DNA from: Phoronis australis
Taxonomy: Eukaryota; Animalia; Phoronida
NCBI GenBank assembly: GCA_002633005.1
Contig: NMRA01000593.1
Location: 67,010 to 130,795, forward strand
DNA: 63,786 bases
Direction of reading: 5' to 3'
This document shows, in pieces, positions 25,101-36,564 of the stretch (within the stretch, counting starts at the first letter, position 1; every line of letters starts with the position of its first letter). The notes below the pieces were generated by a model. That model saw only the letters and a list, made by a program, of their open reading frames with translations. It was not told the DNA's origin and made no database searches. The position numbers were made by a program, and so were the translations under genes.

Positions 25101-28100
25101 TTTCAAACCAAGAGCCAAAATTCGCTAAATACCTATTAACATAATTTGATCGAGTCTAAACTAAGCTCAGCAATACTTGAAATGGGATGCATAGTAGTAG
25201 TAGTGGTAATACACTTTATCAATGATTAAGACAAAAATACAGTTAATACAAATTTACACTTATGGAGACTCCGTGTAGGACCCGAAGGGTCCGCTGACCA
25301 CGGAGCCATTAGAGAATAAATAGTTTTTACAGTGTTACAGATAATCAGAATTACAAAATTAAGTGAAAATGTAATTTAAAACTATTTGTAAAGAGACTGA
25401 GGAGAGATTATCGAGAATAGTTACACACAAAACAGTTGAGAATAGTGCATTCAAGCTCATAACTTTCAAAACAAACGTTTTTAAAATAATTTATAACAGA
25501 GGATAACGAATGGGTAAAAATTCTTGGGAAACACTTTCAGGAAGATTATTAATGATATGAGGTAGGGCATTGCGAACTGAATCTTCAGCAAATGATTTAG
25601 TACAACGGGGAGTGTGTAGAGAAATGTCTTTGCCAATGTTCATGAACAGACCCACGAGTTATTAATTTGAACCTGTTAAAGGCGAAGGCAACCTTTTTCC
25701 ATGTCATTTTGAGCTAAAATAAGGTTGGTTGGTTATCCTAGATATATTTTCCATTTAATTACAGCTTTTCGTAATTTTATTAAATACTCGTCCGCTACTC
25801 CGGAAGTGACGTTTTAGGAGGCAAGCGTTTCCCGCCTCTTGGTTTTGCGTTGACTTTACCGTGCGAATCTGTTCTATTCTACTTTTGTTTTGTGCTGTTT
25901 TTCAACAATTGTCGCCACCACTTTCTATCGGCGAGTATTCGGTTAGTAGAGAACTCAACTACGTTGGATTTAGGGATTGTTTAGAGTGTTGTAAGCTGAA
26001 AATGGCTGGAGTCGGTGACCCATATCACAGTGACAGTAGTGTGAGTGACGGAGACCTTGTTCACAGCAGTGGTGACGAGGATTTTTTTCACGGACATTCA
26101 GTGGGTGGGTACATGTTTGAGCCCGAGTATAACGAGGCAGANTGGAGAAAACAGCACAGGGCGAATCACTACTGGTTCCAGGAATTGCACGCTCTGGGGT
26201 ACGTTCGGAGGCACGGGTGACAGTAGATGAAGTGCCTCCACTGGCTCCAGTCACTGTACTGGCCACAGCTCGCGAGGCTTCTCGCTTCAAAAACGCACTT
26301 CTCGGGGGTGGCGACGGGGCACTGCCGGGAATCAACACAGACGGAATGGCATCCTTCTTCAGGCGTTGTTTCGCAGGGACCTTCATCAGTTCAGCGTACA
26401 GATTCCTTTCGTAATCGGACGGCAGAAAGTGTTTGCCACACACATGGTAATTCTCCACTGCTTTGTACGTTGCGTGGACGGGTAACGCTGCGTTCTTCAC
26501 ACGAACGAGCCAAGTACGGCGAAGTGTTAAATGCATTTATCGTCAATATTTTGACACTTGTCTCTTTATTTTGAGACCAGTCCTTAGGGTTTATTTTGCA
26601 TTACTCATCTCTATTTATAGCCTCTAGGGCCTACTTTTGTATTCATACGTCTCTCTACGCGACTCCTGATTGGTCACCCATATTTCCTTTGTTCTGTTCA
26701 ACGTGGTCTCTCATTCAGCCACCTACCTCGTCGTCTACAAGACCTACGTTTTTTCTCTTCATTTTTTCCCCACCCCCCATCCCGGGTGGCGGTTCCACTT
26801 TCTCTTTGCTCGCATACACTTCCTCACACTTTCTCTTTGCTCGCATACACTTCCTGTTAGGTTTTTTCAGGTTTTGTGTTCATGTTCTGTACTTTTCCTT
26901 TAAGCCCTTCAGGCAGTTCTTTTGTTTTGTTCCCTCTTGCAGGGCTATTCATTGTACACGCCGGTGGGCGTTTTCTGCATGCCAATCTTGCAGAGTCTTA
27001 GTTAGTTTTATCTATTACGTCATAATAAATGACAAATATTCCCAATCCTCCTCTTGTTTTACTCTGCAACATAGCTCGTGGCGTACCCCGGGCAAAATAG
27101 ATTACGATAAAAAGGTTGTCTTCGCCTTTAAGAAATGAACGCAAGTAATTATGAGCATATTTGTAGAAAATTTTAATTAAAGCAACAACATACAAGTTTT
27201 TTGAGTATCTGTGTAGCCTTAAATAAAGGATCCGTATGGGCATTAAAACAGCTAGAGGTAATAGTGCGAATAACCTTTTTCTGTAATTTAATTATTCTAT
27301 GATGTTCACACCCCATAGCAGAATGCCATAATTAAAATGAGGAAGGACAAAACCATTATATAAAGTTTTCAAAGTCTCAAAGGGCAAGAAATGTTTAATG
27401 TTATTAGGAACACCACAGAATCTGCTTATCAGTGCACGTTCAATTCTTTTCTTCATTCAGTTAGCTATTAGAATGACATGTTTCCTTATTTTTTACCAGA
27501 CACTTTCTGGAAGAAAGCTCGAATCCACAAAAACTAGTGTAGTGTTTGATACCATTTGCGTTAAAGAAAATTTGGTGCCAGCACAAGCAAACGTTTTACT
27601 ATACAATCAAATTATTCTCCAGAAAAAAGCGTAAATTTTCTGGTTCAAAATGTGGAGTTGAAAGCCAGTTTTTGTATGTTATACATCGAAACGTGTCCCT
27701 GCCTAGTCCAGGATCCGGCAAAAACAATGCCAATGACCTCATTTTTTGTTTTTGGAAAATTCAAAACTGTATAAAAAAGTAAAACCTTGTCTAGTTTCAA
27801 TGCCAAACAATCGCAACCAGTCAATGATGCTGAACTTATCAAGGGTTCAGTAGCTTTAAGCATGGTGAAATCTTGGCACAAAGACTGCAGATGAAGTAAA
27901 GTGCACATAAGTAAAATTCTTCAGGTTCGTATTTAATAAAACATTTCCACATGAATCGGTGCATCTTGACCCCCAGACACCATGTGAAGCAAAATGTCAC
28001 ATCACTAAACGTCTCAGCCTCCAATACCTTGTCGACACCCACTTTTCACCTGATTTCTGCAATCTGGAGAGTGTTGGCATTGTCTCTGAGTTCGTAGCCA

Positions 28101-30531
28101 TTGCAAGTAAATGGGGCTTTTGGGGTGAAAACTGTTTATTTAACGAACTTTGCCTCGTTTTTTCAAGAAGTCAGATGCACTTCCCGTAGTCGTAAAAGAT
28201 GGAAAATTGACTTCGGAATCATTTTCAAGAGATTTTGTGCAAGATTTTGACGTATTTGGCAAAAAAAGTGTTGAGTACCACCTGCACTGGAAATGAGGCC
28301 TCAATAAACCTCGATTTTGATGTCTGAAATAGACAAAACTGTAACTAGCCGATACTTCGTCTACTCATGCTTTTCCTCCCGATATTTCTCCGGGTTTCGC
28401 AGCTCAAGACAGTGGATTATTGCATTACTTTTATTCATCTTTTGAATTTGGTAATACATCTTTGTGACACCCTAATAAAATTTATACAGAATATGCCCTA
28501 TTGGTCAAAATCATACCTTTATTTATACAGAATATGCCCTATTGGTCAAAATCATACCTTTTTTCGTATTCGCGTGACGCGATTGGGTATAAGAAATTAC
28601 TTTTTCTTGAGAAATTTTGTTGAAGGGGGGGTGCCTTCGCGGGGTTTGCACCACAAAAAGCAAATTTGCACAGGCGCGTATGGCAAGGGTGTGCTGGGTG
28701 CAACATATGACGACGATCAAGGCCGGTTAAAGCAGGGACAAAACAGGGGTCGGGTGTTAGTTGGGGAGAGAGGGGTGTAAATTGACGTGGAAGGGTGTGC
28801 CTGTGGAGGTAGTGTGTCGGCTGGGAATGAAAAGGCAAAACTGTACGGTGTCGAAGTAGAACCCCCTCCAGTAAAGTGATCCTGCTTACAGATACATGTA
28901 TGTGTTTGGTCAAATAATGCACAAAATGGCATCTGGGTTCAGGCTGGGTAGCGTATGTAGTCACCGTTTGTTGCGAGTCATGAAGGATAAATCCTTGAGT
29001 AAGACAAAATCAAGTCAGTGCTTTGAGAGCGAACTCTAACAGAACTGTACATGTAACTATAGAAAGATTGTACTAATATGCGTAGTACAGAAAACTGGTT
29101 CTCAATATCCTGGGGCCCGTTCCAACAAAACTGACTTAGCTAAGACTATTTTTAGATTTTACTAAATTTTAAAACAAAAGTTAAATTTGTTTCAAAATCA
29201 TTGCAAGAAAGAGATCTTAAGCTTGATTTAAATGTTTGACGTAAGTTTTGTCTTGATTTTGACGAACTTACCGGATGTGGAAGTTTCAAAGATTGGACGT
29301 TAAGACAAATCTTATACTTAAGTCAAAAATGAACTTAAGTCAGTTTCTTGGAACGGACCCAAGGTTCCCTGTAGGGTGGCTATTGCAGGGTGCTGCAGGA
29401 CTTCGAAAACCTCTCAACGCATGGAAGCACGAATGCCTTACGAACATCGTAGGAACTACGCGTGACTTCATAAGGCAATTCAATTTGTAGGTCTCGGATT
29501 CCTCCGCTACTGAGCAGTTATGGTAATGATAACAATAGAAAAGCGGTAAATGAAATGTACTCCTTCTAAGAGGTTCACATGACTAGATAAAACGTAAGCG
29601 AAAACGCTGGCGAAAATGTTAGCATTTTGCCAGGCAGACGAGCGAAAGGGTATTTTTCGTCAGCAGTTTGTTTCCTCACCAACGGAAATTTGGTGTCAAA
29701 ACGCGTTCAGTCTGTGCCATCTATTGATTGATATGAGGATTGAACAAAGGCCTCTTACTTTGTTCATGTGCTACCGAAGACGAGGTAATTTTAGGGTAAT
29801 TCAGACCTCAAGCAAAGCGCCTTTTAAAGTAACCAATGCGACCCTTCACATTACAGGCGTTTTTGCTGCTAGCCACTCTGGTAGTGAAAACGTTATCGCT
29901 TCATTTACATGTAGCATGTAATCCACCGGGTATTGGAAAACCGTTACAGTGCGTTCTGTAGGACATGAAATCCATGGGAAAGTACCTGTCTTCATGGGCA
30001 AATAATTCCACGCTTTAGGGAGACCATCTGGGATATTTGTGAGAGAGAAAGACTCAGCAGCTCAAAAACACAACTTGAGACGGAAACAAAAGAATTTTAG
30101 ACATCGAAATCAAGCAAGTTTTATCTTTCTGTAGGTCAGAAAAGTGTATTAGAATGAATTCACCAGCGCTACTTCTTGTGATTTTCTGATGAAAATTGTG
30201 AATTACACTTACAATTGAACAAAAATATAGCTTTAGAATGTAAGTACTAATGACCACAGTAATACTTTTTCTAAGTTCTCGCATCTTACATAACGCCTTT
30301 AAGGTTTTGTAGTTTTTAACTGAAGGCAATCAAACTTGAGCCCCTTTCTAAATAATGCAGCTTTCCATAACTCCGTTATTTAATAACAAAAACTAATGCT
30401 TTTATTTTTTGTTAATAGAGCTGTGTGCTGAAAGAAGCTACAAATATTATAACAATGCAAAGAAAATGTTACTCACCTGCTGTGATGAACATTGCCGCAA
30501 ACATCATTAAAATTGTCGCAAATGTCTTCAT
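1135..30531 (-). CDS. Multi-exon secreted sushi (CCP)/HYR-domain protein, SRPX/SVEP1-like modular architecture; 3' end probably continues beyond the window start
   Basis: Phase-consistent exons read by hand, 5'->3': 30531-30477 (MKTFATILMMFAAMFITA, signal peptide); 24585-24465 (Cys-rich, GC donor); 18196-18090 or its duplicate 15885-15779; 13359-13195 (CCP: CPRFQVANG..CGYTCDRCY..CEKTKW..PKC); 12480-12277 (CCP); 9568-9446 plus 9239-9120 (HYR: EPPTMTYCPTDI...AKDEETGLSSLCLYNI); 8851-8678 (CCP); 6801 to about 6613 (CCP); 5006-4752 (HYR: DEPPVIHNCSSDI...ATDEEINKQAICNFTVSV); 1531-1364 (CCP); tentative 1247-1135. About 600 aa, with CCP/HYR exons in phase 1-1. Confidence 0.85.
2013..3515 (-). mobile_element. 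THAP-encoding TIR DNA transposon derivative (Harbinger/ISL2EU-like, defective)
   Basis: Perfect 15-bp inverted repeat AGCGGATTTGCAGCG (2013-2027) / CGCTGCAAATCCGCT (3501-3515). Inside is a THAP finger [33 protein letters not shown]...WINNIRR (about 3200-3410) with a decayed third Cys/His and a stop. Further downstream is a segment with DHSY (about 2220). Confidence 0.7.
7231..7404 (-). pseudogene. Fragment of a ubiquitin-specific protease (peptidase C19/UCH) C-terminal His-box, inside an intron of the sushi gene
   Basis: Translates as MKSPIKAVIEHHGRKTTGGHYTCCVKSSAWEWINFDDSTVTSTSKPPQDAYIAIYEL*. This fits the USP pattern AVI.H.G....GHY...W..FDDS.V...AY...Y. There is an in-frame TAA two codons upstream of the ATG, and I found no Cys-box. 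Confidence 0.8.
8183..8553. mobile_element. Foldback MITE with internal 21-bp tandem arrays in inverted orientation
   Basis: About 45-bp TIRs (..GTGGCTGT(G/A)AAAGGACGGCA(C/G)GGCAACT..CTCCGTT) continue into arrays of AACTCTATCGATAGACTTAAT on the left and their reverse complement on the right. Confidence 0.85.
10140..10482. mobile_element. Foldback MITE with TACGG termini and degenerate ~21-bp internal repeats
   Basis: The left end TACGGAACTTCTAAAGGAATATGATTCGA...CAAGATTTTTGCGTT matches the reverse complement of the right end (TACGGAGCTCCTAAAGGAAAATGATGCGA...CAAGATTTTTGCGTT). Internal units resemble TTTGCGTTCCCTCGCAAAA. Confidence 0.75.
10731..11989 (+). mobile_element. Helentron-associated (HINE/DINE-like) non-autonomous element with internal ~420-430 bp tandem units
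   Basis: 5' short inverted repeat ACTCTG...CAGAGT (about 10737-10760), then a TTC/TTA microsatellite (about 10792-10833). Tandem units start TGCACCGG at about 10949, 11369 and 11803. A 3' hairpin TTATTGTCAC-GCC-GTGACAATAA is followed by CTAG-TT. Confidence 0.65.
13758..14030. mobile_element. GC-rich MITE (CATGGGCGCACCCAG TIR family)
   Basis: TIRs CATGGGCGCACCCAG / CTGGGTGCGCCTATG; flanks TAACT / TAACC. Related copies at about 1-190, 45784-45932 and 50725-50977. Confidence 0.7.
13841..18561. repeat. ~2.3-2.4 kb near-identical tandem duplication joined at a single n (16251)
   Basis: 13841-16250 and 16254-18561 align end to end with scattered SNPs and indels, for example about 87 extra bp at 14534-14620 in copy 1. 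Each copy carries the same 107-nt exon. Confidence 0.95.
19475..19840. repeat. Long imperfect palindrome (foldback element remnant)
   Basis: Paired arms: TCAACTCTT..TGCA..AAAATAAATATATG with CATATATTTATTTT..TGCA..AAGAGTTGA; ATCATATCTG with CAGATATGAT; TCAGCTAGA with TCTAGCTGA. Centre near 19668. Confidence 0.7.
23504..24236. repeat. 366-bp tandem duplication joined at a single n (23870)
   Basis: 23504-23869 and 23871-24236 are near-identical (about 2 substitutions seen). Confidence 0.95.
25191..27500 (-). mobile_element. Decayed 3' end of a CR1/L2-type non-LTR retrotransposon, interrupted by the Kolobok-like element
   Basis: Minus-strand peptide remnants ETLKTLYNGFVLPHFNYGILLWG...LQKKVIRTIT...NAHTDPLFK (about 27220-27380) and ...AEDSVRNALPHIINNLPESV (about 25530-25600) lie on either side of the TTAA insertion. 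The element ends in ATAAAGTG followed by a (CTA)n tail near 25191-25220. The 5' boundary is approximate. Confidence 0.7.
25680..27127. mobile_element. Kolobok-like DNA transposon, internally gapped or deleted, with convergent THAP and second-gene remnants
   Basis: TTAA on both flanks (25676-79, 27128-31). TIRs are AGGCGAAGGCAACCTTTTT and AAAAAGGTTGTCTTCGCCT (1 mismatch). Minus-strand THAP C-half (W...HVCGKHF...RLKKDAIPS) lies in ORF 25970-26536. A plus-strand acidic start MAGVGDPYHSDSS...YMFEPEY begins at 26002. Single n at 26142. Confidence 0.8.
29113..29360. mobile_element. Harbinger-type MITE
   Basis: TIRs GGGCCCGTTCCAACAAAACTGACTTA / TAAGTCAGTTTCTTGGAACGGACCC. AT-rich interior; CTG on the left flank. 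Confidence 0.6.
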
Positions 30532-33266
30532 TGCTGAAGCTTTGAAGCCCCTGTTGGAACTTTCGCCAATAACGCCGAAAGGCAACTGCGCAAATTAAGC
30601 AATCGAGCACTATTTTTGAAACGAAAATATGGCTACGTCATAGGGGTGCACAGTTATTCAAACGAGATAAAGTCGTAAATCAGTATACTCCTTGGAACAG
30701 ATAGGTGGATCGGAGTTGTGAATATCTGGTTTTTAAAGCTCAAACCAATCAACAGGTGTCTAATGCCACCACCAGAGGTCACATTTACATGATGTGCACC
30801 AATCGATGTCATCTTTGCAGCCAAAAACGCATTTTCAGTTAGCGAAATTAAATTTATCCAGTTACGTTGCTTCGTCGCGTCGTTTAGTTTTTGTTTTACT
30901 TAGTAAAATAAAATTTCTCCAATGTGTTGCTTTGTCGTGAAGTGTTTTTTAGTTGAACGCACGGTGCAAGTCTTATTTTTCGTCTGACTTCACAAAATTC
31001 ACATACAATGTTTATTTCGTTGCAATATCGAGGCCTATTCTTTGTGGGCGAAGTCAGCTTAAAGCTATGGCGGCAATTTTTTGTATTACAAGGCTCTAGC
31101 TCTGAGGTCCTTTGATTCTTCTGAAGCTTTATATTTAGGTTGATCTCGTCTAAACCTTTCGGAAATGTTCATCTGTTTCTCGATACAACTCATCGTTCTA
31201 TTGAGCTATTTAAGATTATCCAATGACTGTTCTTTTATTTTTGACTTCTCGTCTCATAGTTACGGCTCCATTAATTTGACTAATCTGTTAGAAATTTGCC
31301 ATATCAACAGAGGTTGTGGAGTGCTACAAACAGTCACAGTACTTTTTTGGCTCCGTCTTTCCGTTCTCAAGTTCCGATTCCGTTCGCGATTTTCTGGTGG
31401 CTAAGGTCGGACATTGGTACGCTTGTCGCGGGCTCTATACCCTTCCTATTATTCGCATAACCGATTGACATAAAATTTACACACGCAATTTGTGTCTCGT
31501 TAACAGGGCCGTAGGATGCGGGGGCACGTTGCCCCCAAACATTTTCAGGCGTCAAGGTTATGTCGTGGCAACCGACATAGGCATGGGGCTGGGGACAGTC
31601 GATAAAAGAAATACTGCTAAACACGGATAAGAGAGAAATTTCAAGGGAGCATTTAACAACTCTGAATCAGTCCCTGGTTTACCTTTTCTAAAAGGACCCT
31701 AGCAATTACATTGTTGTTGGGGTACCCGGTTTTGCAGCACTGCTCGTCTAAACGCACTTGAAAACGTGCACGTAATCATTCATACATATATTTCTAGAAA
31801 ATCGAGAAAACTTTGTATTTTTACACTTTTAGATCTCAGATACCGTTACTTGAGGCAGATCCTCGCTACCCGTCAGTGTACTAGTGCTAAGCTCATTTTT
31901 ACTCTTCTTGAAACTTTGTTGGTTCACAGTTACACAGCTCTTGACGGCTGCATCATCGGGATTGCTCCCCATCCGGGGCGGATGTCAACGGGTGGGGGTA
32001 TTTTGGCAAAGTCGCAATGGTTTGCCCCCCTCCCAATAATTTTTACCTTCCTACGGGTCTGGTTAATAGCTCTAGACGTCAGTGTTTTGGCTCAAGTTGG
32101 ACACAAAATGGCGCTGTGAAGGTCGTTTTTTTTAATTTTTTGCTTTGCCGTGCCGTGTGGATATATCTCCGTCGTCATGTGATATCTATGGTGTGCCATT
32201 TGTTTTAGTTACAATATACAGTCCTCCAGCGATGGCTGCTCCTTTTGTCCAGTATCTCTAGAGTCTTTTAACTGAATTTCTAAAATTTGGTATGTAGATG
32301 GCTCTCTCGCTATTTACGTAATCTATCCGTTATTTTTCTGTTTTTACGTTCTCGGGATATTCGATTTCAGTGGTCAAATGAATTTTGTTGTATTGACTAT
32401 TTTAGAGCTGTACTTTTTGTTGGTCATTCATAGTATGCTACAGGTCGCATTTCTCGTCGCACGTGAAATTCATAGAGAAGGTGTATCTTGTCAAGAGCTC
32501 GAGTCTAATCGTTTGTGAGCGAAATCGCACCACAAGAAATGGGAAAGTGGTGGTGATTTCGCAATTTTTTTCTTCGCGGAGCTCTAACACAGTGGACTTC
32601 TACGAAAGACTTCGGAGATCTGCTATTCATCCCATACGCGTTGAATCAGTCTAGGAAAATACGCCATATGATACTTTTTGGCTGGATGTTGGGAATAGCC
32701 TGCGTGTCTTTTGAACTCCAGTCTTAGAACCACTTTCGACAGAGTTTGTGTGTTTGTGTGCGTGCGCGCGTGTACCTTGTAAAAGAATTCAATCCAATAT
32801 TTTGTGTAGCTGATAGCGTCGAAATTGACATGATTATCACATACTGTTGTTATTTCCCTCGCAGTATAGCCGTGTTTTGCCGTTCGACTAAGAAGTAATA
32901 AACGGGACATTTCGTGGGTTTAGCGACACCCGAAATTTCTCATTGGACTAAAAAAAACAAAAAACGCCATCGGGCACTTTTGGGCGTTGCGTCTACAATT
33001 CGACAAGAAACGCTGTCGAGACGTTTTGTGTGTGGCGGCGAACCATTCACACTTGCGTTTTGGCATAAAGTCAGCTGTCCTGCACTTTATCCGGAAGTCC
33101 CGCTTTTCAATCCACTTGTCCAACTTTTTTATTCTCGAATGTTGATGGTGACAACTATGCAACCGGTGTTCAAAATAGCATTGTCTCTTTGTAACAAATA
33201 TTGTTATTTTCCCTAGTCTACTTTTCAATGTTCTGCCCCTTCCCTCCGCCTCTCTCTCCCACCCCC

Positions 33267-33684
33267 NNNNNNNNNNNNNNNNNNNNNNNNNNNNNNNNNN
33301 NNNNNNNNNNNNNNNNNNNNNNNNNNNNNNNNNNNNNNNNNNNNNNNNNNNNNNNNNNNNNNNNNNNNNNNNNNNNNNNNNNNNNNNNNNNNNNNNNNNN
33401 NNNNNNNNNNNNNNNNNNNNNNNNNNNNNNNNNNNNNNNNNNNNNNNNNNNNNNNNNNNNNNNNNNNNNNNNNNNNNNNNNNNNNNNNNNNNNNNNNNNN
33501 NNNNNNNNNNNNNNNNNNNNNNNNNNNNNNNNNNNNNNNNNNNNNNNNNNNNNNNNNNNNNNNNNNNNNNNNNNNNNNNNNNNNNNNNNNNNNNNNNNNN
33601 NNNNNNNNNNNNNNNNNNNNNNNNNNNNNNNNNNNNNNNNNNNNNNNNNNNNNNNNNNNNNNNNNNNNNNNNNNNNNNNNNNNN
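33267..33684. other. Assembly gap
   Basis: Run of N between poly-C tracts; a GC-rich MITE end lies on the right side. Smaller gaps occur at about 36439-36450 and 45934-45987. Confidence 0.99.
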
Positions 33685-36393
33685 CCCCCCCCTAAATCCG
33701 CCACTGAATAGTGCATGTGTAACTGCTCATTAGTGTGTCAAAAGGTTCATGATATTTTTTGCCTGAACAAATGTTTGGCAATTGCTCAAAAAAGATTCCA
33801 AGTAGAGGATTACAATTTTAAAAACGATGACTGAAGAAACTTGTAATCGCACTCTATCAAAATCAGTTTTGATTTAAAATTAAGCTCGTGTAAAAAACGT
33901 AATGCCAATTTTCATTCAATTTCTTAGGATAATGGAGAGAAACTTTCCATGTAACGAAGCATCTTGTTTAAATGTCTAATATATGACTCTAGGTTGGATG
34001 TCTGTCCACACAGTAATTGTGTGTAGAACCTAGACAACACTCTCCCTCAAAATAAGTTGACCGCATGGGCGTTCTCGTAACCGGCGAATGTCATAAATCG
34101 TTTCTTTGTCTTTGAGAAGTAGCGTTTTTTTATTATAAACTGCAAATTTGTTCCTTCTAACCCGTTACATACCTTATGAAGCGCTTCTTTTATGTCTGAG
34201 AGGCACGTGCTTGCAACAACATAGCATGTGCTTAAAGATGCTTTATTTCATCAAAACATTTAATACGTAAATTTTAACACGTGCCGACAAAATTTTAATA
34301 TGGAAAAGAAACACTTTACACACAAACCATATTTGGCATGGAAATATAAACATTATGCATAGAAAAAATAATGACACCATACACACCATGATTTTAAATA
34401 ACGCCTGGATTTTTTCAAGCTGATTCTTGTTAGGGGACCCGACAGTTGTACACAATTTGATTAACCTGTTGTGAAATCGAGGACAAAATTGCTGGGCGAT
34501 AAAAATAAATGCGAAATTTTCCGTTAGGTCTGAGTTCATAGATCGAAAACAGTAAGACCGGTCGAACAAGGAAATGAGTGTACGCAACTATTTTGTAAAT
34601 AACAGACCAAGATAGTCACCAAGCGCCCAATAACCTGAGTATCCGATACGAATTTCTAATCCCAAACTGACGATTTTTATTACAGTTAGACAATCGCACA
34701 TCCTTTAAGACTTTGATAATACAGCCGGACAGAACAATTGGCATAAATCTCCAACACGATACGCTTTTGTCATGTTTGACAAAAAAACAAATATTGTAAA
34801 GATAAATCCTCATATCACGAGTGATTTTAAGATATAACCGAGCGTGTTTATGTTGTTAGCTTTTTAGATAAAATGTTTTGGGTGACTGGTGTCTTGAACC
34901 CCAATCAATTTATGCTAAGTTGGGGCCCAGAAAAAAATTTCAAATTTTAATTTACTTGCTTCGGAACGTTATATCTCAGAAAAGGCCGGACTGTTTTCAA
35001 TTACCACTTACAGATGTGATGCTTATGCAGTGTTATCCATACTGACTAAAGGGATTGTTTTTAAACGTTTTTCATTTGCATTAGGGTCTAAAAAATGGAA
35101 CTTTTACGATATTCATGGAAAAACTCAAAAGTTATATTACGCCATGTAGGTTTGTCTGTACATTTATCAAAATATCTACAAAACTATGGAATTAGACTCA
35201 CCAAAGGTATATATTTTCTGAAAGCAGAAATTCAGTAGAATTTGATTGTTTACTACTGTATATCAGTCTGGCACTAATTGGTTCGCGTGGCCTTGTATTT
35301 GAAGGAAAATTTAGAGAAAAAGAAAGGTACATTCATACCAAAGCCACAGGGTCAATAACTTGACCAAATTCCGTATGATATAAATGTCCAAGAAAAAATC
35401 TCAAAAACGCTTTATAGTTGTTATAGTTTTCTATGTTGTCGTTTCTTTTTCGTTCTATTCAACTTCAAAAACATTTCATGTGAATCGTATAACTCCTATA
35501 AAAGCGGAACATGTATTAAAAGAACAGCTCATTTTTGATTGGCAGTGTACAAATTAAACTACCAGAAAGTTTTATTTGAATCTTATCAACCGTTTCTGAG
35601 ATACGACCTTCCGCAGTTTGCCAAAATTTGACATTTTTGAGGACCTACATAACCTTGAAAGAAATTTGGTCATGATGTCGTGTTTTACAATCAATGTACT
35701 TTTCTTTCTTTTAAAACTTCACCGTAAAAACGTGGTCAATAAAGTCGAAAATGAAATTCTGAAGGTTATTTGCTTTCAGAAAATTTATGTTTTTACAGAA
35801 TTGTACTCCGTAGTTTTGTATTGGTATTTAGGTGGCTGCACTAACTTGTCGATAAGGTCCTGCATAACCTAAAAGTGTTACTCAACACCATATGCTTACT
35901 TTCAAAATGTTAGCATACTGATACGACATCTGTATACCTGTATACACAATATCCAATATAGTATGAATTATACTTGAACAGAAAAATAACAACATTTGCA
36001 TTTGTTTTTTCTGGTTGAACTACATTAATAATTCTGACTTGTGAGTGGCACCGCAGCGTGCTCAAAATTGTGGCCTACTTCGGTGGAATACATGATAATC
36101 CTTTGATAGCCACTCGCTAACGGGTATTTGCCATAAGCCGAATGGTAGCAAACTAGCCGGTTTAGTCAGGAGTCGCTGGTTTGATTTCCGGGTCGGATGA
36201 TCTTGGCAATTCCTTAAGTACTCTCTTCAAAGCAGGACTCGGCGAAATGATCGTCACCAACTAATTTCTTAGTCTGACTTGTCTCATACTCTAGTATCAC
36301 TCACAAATCATCAGTGTCATTCCCTGGCGAGGCCCTTAATTCTCTCGTGGAAAGTCAAAAGGTGCCACGGCGTGATTAAAAGCCGTGTTGTCT

Positions 36394-36564
36394 CAGTGGA
36401 GGATTTAGAGGGAGGCCAAGGGGGCCATGCCCCCCCCCNNNNNNNNNNNNCCCCCCTAAAATTCTCCCAGATTCCATTTGGCAGTTCCTGAGTGCGAATG
36501 TCTGACGGTCAAAATCCTGGCTAATACACTGCCCTGGCCACTCAAAATCCTGGATCCGCCCCTG
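36394..36564. mobile_element. GC-rich MITE (CAGTGGCGGAT-type TIR) with 5-bp TSD TGTCT
   Basis: CAGTGGAGGATTTAG...CTGGATCCGCCCCTG flanked by TGTCT/TGTCT. An inverted relative is at about 39725-39862 and a partial copy at about 45694-45780. Confidence 0.75.

Noticed and set aside
26596-27138. 180-aa Phe-rich plus-strand ORF
   Set aside because: Low-complexity pyrimidine-rich sequence inside the transposon end, with a short internal repeat and no protein signature.
33201-33716. Long ORFs spanning 33201-33716
   Set aside because: They consist almost entirely of N-gap.
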